Below, in pieces: positions 1 through 6,159 of a stretch of 12,148 nt of DNA (position 1 is its first letter; each line of letters starts with the position of its first letter). Origin of the DNA: Pseudomonadota bacterium (GTDB taxonomy: Bacteria; Bdellovibrionota_B; Oligoflexia; Oligoflexales; RGVZ01). The DNA is taken from NCBI GenBank assembly GCA_041178085.1, contig JBEGVZ010000092.1:1-12148 (forward strand). Direction: 5' to 3'. A model generated the notes under the pieces. That model ran no database searches and was not told the DNA's origin. It was given only the letters and a program-made list of their open reading frames with translations. Made by a program: the position numbers and the translations under genes.

Positions 1-2
1 GC

Positions 3-1301
3 CTGACGGCGGGTACACAGTATTCATTCCGGATCTGTGCCATCAACGGCAACCCCACGCCTGATACCTCAAGCGGGGTGACAGCGACGGCAACAACATT
101 CCAGGCGCCTCCGCCAAACCCCACTGGTCCGACGGCAACTGGCGTATCGAATGCTCGAATTGACCTGGCGTGGACAAGTGGCGGCGGATCGACAGCCGAT
201 TACCGGATTGCATTCGATGCTAGCGCAACACCCCCTGCTGACTGTTCGGCGGGAACACCGATTCCAGAAAGCTCGATCAATGGAACGTCCCACTCGGTGA
301 CAGGCCTGATTGGTGGCACGCAATATTCTTTCCGCATCTGCGCGATAAACGGCAATGCAACCCCTGATGTTTCCGGCGGTGTTACTGTCTCGGGGTGGAC
401 CATTCCGTCCAATCCCACCAGCCCGACTGCTACGACGCAGAGCACCACCCAAATAAATTTGTCATGGACTGCTGGCAGCGGCGCCACTGCGGACTACCGG
501 ATCTCTTACCAGACCGGCGCAACGGCGCCGGCCACTTGCGCGGCCGGAACGACGATTTCAGAGTCTTTAATCACGGGAACCAGCCACTCGGTGACTGGTC
601 TGACGGCGGGCACCCAGTATTCATTCCGGATTTGTGCCATCAACGCTAACACAACACCGGATGCATCAAGTGGTGTGACAGCGACGGCAACAACTTTTCA
701 GGCAGCCCCCCCCAACCCCACGGGCGCTACGGCCACTCCAGTCACCAGCACGCGGGTCGACTTGGCATGGACAAGTGGCGGCGGATCGACCGTGGATTAC
801 CGGATCACATATTTGTCCGGAACGACCCCGCCCGTTAACTGCTCGAGTGGTACCACGATTCTGGAGTCTTCAATCACTGGTACCAGCCATTCCGTCACCG
901 GGCTGTCGGCCGATACGGATTATTCTTTCAGGATTTGCGCGATCAACGGCAATGCCACGCCCGATGTTTCCAATGGGGTGACGGTATCTGGTAAGCCAAA
1001 TTCGGATCCTCCTGATCCGACCAGTCCCTCGGCAACGGTGGACTCGAGTAGCCAAATCACCCTCTCATGGACGTCGGGCGGAGGAACGACGACGGATTAC
1101 CGGATTTCTTATCAGACAGGCGCCACTGCGCCTGCGACCTGCGACGCAGGAACGAAGATTTCAGAGTCCTCAATTTCAGGTGTCAGCCACGCAGTGAGTG
1201 GACTGAGCGCGTCGACCGAATATTCTTTCCGGATATGTGCGATTAACGGGAATACACCCGCAGCGGTGTCGGGCGGTGTGACGGTCTCCGCGACAACGTC
1301 T
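3..1301 (+). repeat. Intragenic tandem FN3 repeat array: one partial plus four complete units of ~300 nt
   Basis: Units at approximately 3-104 (partial), 105-401, 402-701, 702-1004 and 1005-1301. YSFRICAIN occurs in all five. The exact 23-mer TGGACAAGTGGCGGCGGATCGAC is at 171-193 and 768-790. Confidence 0.92.
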
Positions 1302-2864
1302 GCTGGCGGCTCCGGGGGTACTGAGTATAACTACCTGACGGTAGTTGACTTGTTCAGCGATGATTTCATCTTTGCCTGGGGCCTGGCCACGGATATGGGC
1401 AATTACAACGCGACCTATAATCTGATCAACCCTGACTCTACGCGAGATGTGAAGGGGGCGGCCTTAACGCTCGATGGTAACAATGCGCCTTGGGTTTTCA
1501 TGACTGAGAGTAGCGCGTCGAATGCCATGGGCACCATGGTAAAAGTTGGTTTTGACGGCGCTGGAGATCCGAGAATCGACTTATCGCGGACTACTAATGT
1601 GGTGAATAATTTGAACGGATTCACGGGTGACGCGTCCATCACCTGGCTGAAGGCATCTGCAAATCCAACTTTCGACCGGATTTTGAATGTTTTCGGATGG
1701 GGTGACAACAACGGTGGAAGTACAAAAAACGTCAGAGCATCGAATATGTATAAGGCGTCAGATCCGGGGAACTGGACTTCTGGGTCAACAACGATTGGTT
1801 TTGAAAATGCCTCGACGGCAACTGGGCCATCGGGGTTTGCCTCAGCGGTTGGAAAGAATTACGACACGCATCTTGTGACTGCGTTCCCTGTCTCTGTTGG
1901 CGCGTTCTCAGTAAAGTACGATGTTTTCAGATACAGTTCCATCGGCCCGTGGGAAACTAATTCGGGGGATTTTTCTGCGACCAAGGCAGATGGCAATCCT
2001 TGTTACTCAACAATCCTTCCCAATATAGCCTTTGATCCGATGGATGGTACTTGGCAGCCCCATATCGTCTATTACTGCAGGATAAGCGGATCGAATACTG
2101 TGGTCCATGCGTGGCATAATGGTTCCAGCTGGATCAAGGAGACTGTCCATGACTTTGGTTCTGCCGAAATGAACCTGCCCGCAACGGTGCGGGATTCCCG
2201 TTTGGGATTTGCGATTCATAGCTCTGTACCCCACGTGATTTATTGGGGGACGGATGGAAGCCTTCAGTACAAACAAGGGACTTGGAATTCCGGGTCGGGT
2301 AAATGGACTTGGCCTTCAAGCGCGCAGTCGCTCACCGGTGCCATGCCTTTACGGGACACTCTGGGTGTCATGACTTCAGTCACTGGATCCGATCCGATCT
2401 GGACCCTCACTTTCGATCACAAACCTGGTGGAGACACGAATTCCAACGACGACTATCACAATCTTATTGGTGGAATGAAGATCCGGCTTAACGGCGCTGG
2501 CTGGAATGCAAATGATCGCTGGGAAGTGCAGAAGATCCCCGTTCCCAGTAACCACAGATTCAGTGTGAATGTCACCGTTGATCCGACCGGAAACATTCCA
2601 GATTATAGCGTCCAATATTACGTTTATCACACACCGCAGATCGTCTTTAATTCTGCTGGTGAAATCCGGATCTACTATGTCAGAGACGATTTGACCGATA
2701 TGAGTCAGCTAGGATGGGCGAAGGTTGTCCGGGCAACACCGGACCCCAACAATTCCGGGTCATTTATTTTTCAAGATGTTCTGGCCGTCGGCCAGTCCGC
2801 CCATAACGTTTTCCTCGGAAACGGCATTGGCGTCACGGACGTTGGCGGCAATAGCCGTCGCTAG
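3..2864 (+). CDS. Large extracellular/surface protein, 5'-truncated: tandem fibronectin type III repeats plus C-terminal probable beta-propeller domain
   Basis: The frame is open from nt 3 (LTAGTQYSFRICAINGNPTPDTSSGV...), so the GTG at 78 is internal and the true start lies outside the window. The ~100-aa repeats carry FN3 hallmarks (P..PT, I.L.WT, DYRI.Y, VTGL..GT.YSFRI.A.N). Gly linker AGGSGG at 1302-1319; TAG at 2862-2864. Confidence 0.9.
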   Translation: MTAGTQYSFRICAINGNPTPDTSSGVTATATTFQAPPPNPTGPTATGVSNARIDLAWTSGGGSTADYRIAFDASATPPADCSAGTPIPESSINGTSHSVTGLIGGTQYSFRICAINGNATPDVSGGVTVSGWTIPSNPTSPTATTQSTTQINLSWTAGSGATADYRISYQTGATAPATCAAGTTISESLITGTSHSVTGLTAGTQYSFRICAINANTTPDASSGVTATATTFQAAPPNPTGATATPVTSTRVDLAWTSGGGSTVDYRITYLSGTTPPVNCSSGTTILESSITGTSHSVTGLSADTDYSFRICAINGNATPDVSNGVTVSGKPNSDPPDPTSPSATVDSSSQITLSWTSGGGTTTDYRISYQTGATAPATCDAGTKISESSISGVSHAVSGLSASTEYSFRICAINGNTPAAVSGGVTVSATTSAGGSGGTEYNYLTVVDLFSDDFIFAWGLATDMGNYNATYNLINPDSTRDVKGAALTLDGNNAPWVFMTESSASNAMGTMVKVGFDGAGDPRIDLSRTTNVVNNLNGFTGDASITWLKASANPTFDRILNVFGWGDNNGGSTKNVRASNMYKASDPGNWTSGSTTIGFENASTATGPSGFASAVGKNYDTHLVTAFPVSVGAFSVKYDVFRYSSIGPWETNSGDFSATKADGNPCYSTILPNIAFDPMDGTWQPHIVYYCRISGSNTVVHAWHNGSSWIKETVHDFGSAEMNLPATVRDSRLGFAIHSSVPHVIYWGTDGSLQYKQGTWNSGSGKWTWPSSAQSLTGAMPLRDTLGVMTSVTGSDPIWTLTFDHKPGGDTNSNDDYHNLIGGMKIRLNGAGWNANDRWEVQKIPVPSNHRFSVNVTVDPTGNIPDYSVQYYVYHTPQIVFNSAGEIRIYYVRDDLTDMSQLGWAKVVRATPDPNNSGSFIFQDVLAVGQSAHNVFLGNGIGVTDVGGNSRR

Positions 2865-2890
2865 AAATCACATCCGCAAGGTGATCCTTC

Positions 2891-2919
2891 TGCAGCGGGC
2901 TAGGCGCTGTGTTTTATTT
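2891..2919 (+). terminator. Probable rho-independent terminator of the FN3 gene
   Basis: Stem TGCAGCG (2891-2897) / CGCTGTG (2905-2911), 7 bp including two G-U pairs, 7-nt loop, followed by TTTTATTT (2912-2919); 26 nt after the stop codon. Confidence 0.5.
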
Positions 2920-2975
2920 GAGTTATAACCCCACGTTCACCATGAATTTGGCCCGGTGATTTTGAAGGAAATTTG

Positions 2976-3197
2976 ATGGAAAACAGGAAGACCACCCTGG
3001 AAAAAGATGAGCGTAATCCGGCGGCTGAAGAGAGCCAAATGTTGGAGCCCTTTCATGTCCACGGACCGGGTTGCAGCCACCATCACCATGCTCACGATCC
3101 CTATGTGCGGACGTCGCCAAAGACCGGTCGCAATGATCCCTGTCCCTGCGGATCAGGCAAGAAATTTAAAAAATGCTGCGGCGGGGTACAGCCTTGA
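2976..3197 (+). CDS. Small His-rich SEC-C motif (metal-binding) protein, 73 aa
   Basis: C-terminal [19 protein letters not shown] is a canonical SEC-C motif, preceded by [17 protein letters not shown] at 2976 has AAGGA at 2965-2969 and is preferred over TTG at 2973. Confidence 0.9.
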   Translation: MENRKTTLEKDERNPAAEESQMLEPFHVHGPGCSHHHHAHDPYVRTSPKTGRNDPCPCGSGKKFKKCCGGVQP

Positions 3198-4249
3198 ATC
3201 ATTGCGCCTTCCTTGCCTTTGACGTGGGCGGTACCAAGGTCGAGGCCGCCCTGGCAGAAGTGCGTGAAGGGCGTGTGGTTCGATTCGATTCCGTGCGGAT
3301 TCCGACTGGGAATCATCATGATTTCCGGGGCGTTGTGGAAGCCGTCGAGAAAGCCTTGCCGGGAGAGTCCTTTGGCACCCTCGATGGAGTCGCCGTTGCC
3401 GTTGCAGGTCCAGTGGTAAATGGTCGCGCCAGCCTGACCAACGTCGCCTGGGGGGTTGAAGAGGAGTGGCTGCGTAAAAGGTTTTCGGGGGCGCGATGCC
3501 GCCTGATCAACGACATGCAAGCACATGGTTACGCGGCGGTTGCGCTGCTTGCCCGCCGACAAGGCAGGAATATTCCCGATGGCCTGTTGGTCCAAAATTC
3601 GGAAATGTTTCCCGAAGCCCATGCCGATCCGCACGGAAGCTCCTGCGTCATTGCCCCGGGGACGGGTCTTGGTGAAGGTTTCATCGTGTGGACCGGCGAT
3701 CAGTACATTCCGGTCGCCAGCGAAGGTGGACATGCCAGCTTTTCTCCCATCAACGATGAGCAGATGCGTTTGCTGAATTTCTTGCGGCACACGCAGGGCC
3801 ATAAGCATGTCAGTTGGGAACGACTGGTTTCGGGCAAGTTTGGCCTGCCAAACCTACTCCTATTTGTCACCAAAGAGCTGGCTTTGAAGCCCGCGGATCC
3901 TGATCTGGAGAAAGCAGTAATGGAAGGGGGACACCCCGTCCAGGCACTGACCACGGCAGCTGCGTCAGGTGATCCCGTCGCGGGCAAGGTGCTGGAGATG
4001 TTCATGGGGCTGATGGGTCAGGAGACTGGAAACCTGGCGCTGAAAGTCCTGGCCACCGGTGGTGTTTTTATTTCTGGAGGCCTGGCCCAGCGTATGAATG
4101 AATTGCTTAAGGGCAAGTACCTGGAAGCTTTCCGGGAGGGAATGTGTGCCAAAGGGCGCTTCCGGCCCCTGCTCTCAAAGCTGCCGGTTACCTTTCTGGA
4201 AGATGGTCAGACGGCCCTTAAGGGGGCGATGGCATCCGTGGTTATTTGA
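3194..4249 (+). CDS. glk: Glucokinase (Glk family, E. coli type)
   Basis: Motifs [52 protein letters not shown] and KGRF. Likely start is TTG at 3194, overlapping the upstream TGA (TTGA); ATG at 3173 is the alternative. Confidence 0.93.
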   Translation: MNHCAFLAFDVGGTKVEAALAEVREGRVVRFDSVRIPTGNHHDFRGVVEAVEKALPGESFGTLDGVAVAVAGPVVNGRASLTNVAWGVEEEWLRKRFSGARCRLINDMQAHGYAAVALLARRQGRNIPDGLLVQNSEMFPEAHADPHGSSCVIAPGTGLGEGFIVWTGDQYIPVASEGGHASFSPINDEQMRLLNFLRHTQGHKHVSWERLVSGKFGLPNLLLFVTKELALKPADPDLEKAVMEGGHPVQALTTAAASGDPVAGKVLEMFMGLMGQETGNLALKVLATGGVFISGGLAQRMNELLKGKYLEAFREGMCAKGRFRPLLSKLPVTFLEDGQTALKGAMASVVI

Positions 4250-4967
4250 GGTTTTCCCCGGCTTGATTTTTTTCCTTGGCCGGCCCGAAAAACGTCCGTT
4301 TTGACAAGTAGTCGTTGAAGTAGAGGTTCATGGTCAAACGTGACAGGGCTGCCTTCAGCTCATTCCATTCCGGATTGCCGTCTGGGTTCAGTGGAAACGC
4401 CGCGCGGAAATGGCGCATCGGATCGACCGCGTAAAATCCCGCAGCAGTCACTTTTGGGTCGCCTGGAACAATCTGGTCGTGGCTGAAATCCTGATTTTGA
4501 AATAGTCGCCATCCGCGCAACACGGGGTCCGCTGCGGCGGTGGCCATGTCTTGCCCACCGGGTAGCACGACAAGGCGTTGCACTGGTGTTTTGGGTTTTG
4601 CCCCGCTTGCCGGGCGAGTGTTCGCCTGCAGCGCAACTTCTGCGGCGAGCTGAGTTTCCAGCCATTCGCCTGCAGTTTTGGTGGCAACCATCATTTGCTG
4701 GCACTTCAGAGCATTGGGTCCATCGCAAGAAGGCGGGAACAGGGCAACGACGGTTACGTGGTTTGCCAGTTGGGTGTGGTCAAAGTAAGTCCCTCCGGCG
4801 TCTTTGGCGACAAATGGAAGAACCTTGCCGTAGTCTCGGACGGACGTTCCGCGTGTCAAACGGAAATACACTAGCGTGCCGAGTGGGATTGCGATTAGCA
4901 CGGCAAGGATCGCCGTCAGACGGATGGATTTTTTTAGTCGGGATGTCTTGTCGGTTCTGTCGGGCAT
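4242..4967 (-). CDS. Membrane-anchored, divergent SCO/SenC-like (thioredoxin-fold) protein
   Basis: Basic N-terminus and one TM helix (LTAILAVLIAIPLGTLVYF), then DYGKVLPF..D..G..F...QL.NHVTVVALF...C-x7-C and GFYAVDPMRHFRAAF, which parallel SCO segments. AGGA lies ~9 nt upstream of the ATG. The 3' end overlaps glk by 8 bp. The CDS is well supported; the family call is moderate. Confidence 0.6.
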   Translation of the reverse strand: MPDRTDKTSRLKKSIRLTAILAVLIAIPLGTLVYFRLTRGTSVRDYGKVLPFVAKDAGGTYFDHTQLANHVTVVALFPPSCDGPNALKCQQMMVATKTAGEWLETQLAAEVALQANTRPASGAKPKTPVQRLVVLPGGQDMATAAADPVLRGWRLFQNQDFSHDQIVPGDPKVTAAGFYAVDPMRHFRAAFPLNPDGNPEWNELKAALSRLTMNLYFNDYLSKRTFFGPAKEKNQAGENLK

Positions 4968-5010
4968 TGAGATCTATCCTGGGGTTCAGTCGTTGCCTCA
5001 AGCCGTCAGG

Positions 5011-6159
5011 TCATATCCCTGGTCGGCTGCCTGGAGCGTAACCTGTCATTTCAAGGTAGGCCCTGCCAACCCTTTTCCCGGTTTGGACGTCAAAAACCTG
5101 GCAAGCCCCCTCCCAGTAGGTTGGCATTGCCGGATGGCTGGATAGCGCTTCCTGGGCGTGGAACCGGGGGGCAACGCGCAGCTCCCGTATTTGCCCAGGC
5201 GATCCAGATGTGGAAGAGGCGACGGGTATGCTTAACACCCAGCTTTGCGGATAGCGCCCATGGCTGGCGGGGGACACCCATTCCCCTTCAGGTTTCAATT
5301 CCACCCCCGTGATGGACGTGGCCCGGCCCCTGGCATCGACATGGGTCGCATGACGCCATGGTTTTTGGCTGGACGACCTCACCTGGAAGATCATGAACTC
5401 CTCTGAAAATTCCTCTGAAGGACCGTCCAGCTGAATCGAAAACCAATCCCACCCGGTCTGGTCACCGTCAAGGGTCTGAGAACCGAATTCGTGGTCGAAC
5501 CATGATGTCGCAGTTCCGGTTGCGGGATAAATCGATGGCATGCCGGCGAGTTGAAAATTTCCCGCCAGGCGTGTGAAGCTGGAATAATGGCTGGCGCAAG
5601 TGGCGCAAGGTCCTTTTTGCGAAAAACCATTTTCGCCGTGCAAAACAACCGGTTTTTGAGTCGTGAGTTTGAGGGCAAGTTTTGGAGGCGGATGGGATCC
5701 CGGGTTTGCCGGCAGGGCAAACTCCAGTGAAAAACTGTCAGCGGATGGCATTGACGCCTTGAGGCCTGGGACGTCAATCATCAATTGCGATTCATCCAGT
5801 TTTGAAACGCCGATGCGTTCCTGGAAGCTCCACGACCTGTGTTGCATTTTCCCCGTTGTGAAATCAGAAAAACCCGCGTGCACCATGATCCAAGAGGCGT
5901 TTTCCGGGCGTCTTCCGTGGGCAGGGCGGGGGCCCGCCGGCGGGGAAATACGAAAGATCGTGGCTTGAAATCCAGCAAATTCCTTTTCTTTTTCCGACAG
6001 GAACCCGGTCCAGTACCACCACTCATATGCAGCCTTGCGGTGAGCACCATGGTCGCGTGGAAATTCCAGGGCGCGATCCGGACGGGCTGGTTCCCAGTTA
6101 TAGGTGGGTTGCAGGAGCTGCAAGCCGACTGCCGCAGCAAGTTGCCTTGTCCTATTCAC
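5011..6159 (-). CDS. AttH-like / CrtC (carotenoid 1,2-hydratase)-like lipocalin-fold protein
   Basis: Family motifs FPRDHGAH, EWWYWTG, GFQATIFR, ASHYSSFTRL, SWFDHEFGS, GWDWFSIQL, YP.SW, YWEG and YLEMTGY. GTG start with GGAGGT SD; 8-bp overlap with the permease stop. Confidence 0.9.
   Translation of the reverse strand: MNRTRQLAAAVGLQLLQPTYNWEPARPDRALEFPRDHGAHRKAAYEWWYWTGFLSEKEKEFAGFQATIFRISPPAGPRPAHGRRPENASWIMVHAGFSDFTTGKMQHRSWSFQERIGVSKLDESQLMIDVPGLKASMPSADSFSLEFALPANPGSHPPPKLALKLTTQKPVVLHGENGFSQKGPCATCASHYSSFTRLAGNFQLAGMPSIYPATGTATSWFDHEFGSQTLDGDQTGWDWFSIQLDGPSEEFSEEFMIFQVRSSSQKPWRHATHVDARGRATSITGVELKPEGEWVSPASHGRYPQSWVLSIPVASSTSGSPGQIRELRVAPRFHAQEALSSHPAMPTYWEGACQVFDVQTGKRVGRAYLEMTGYAPGSRPGI

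Noticed and set aside
78..80. GTG start for the 928-aa ORF
   Set aside because: The frame is open to the window edge and the upstream codons encode another FN3 unit, so the gene starts outside the window.
3..1301. Short DNA repeats as a CRISPR array or mobile-element ends
   Set aside because: They recur at ~300/600-nt spacing, are in frame and vary at synonymous positions: protein domain repeats.
2901..2929. Sigma-70 promoter for the SEC-C/glk pair (TAGGCG-N17-TATAAC)
   Set aside because: The -35 matches 3/6 and the -10 lacks the conserved final T; possible but not supportable.
2976..3197. secA gene or secA fragment
   Set aside because: Only the SEC-C motif is shared; the ORF has its own SD and ATG and no upstream SecA ATPase sequence.
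5587..5607. Heme c attachment motif in the AttH-like protein
   Set aside because: The sequence is CATCASH (CxxCxxH), not CxxCH.
5011..6159. Functional carotenoid hydratase crtC
   Set aside because: No crt genes are in the window and the ABC context is typical of AttH-type homologs; only fold/family similarity is supported.
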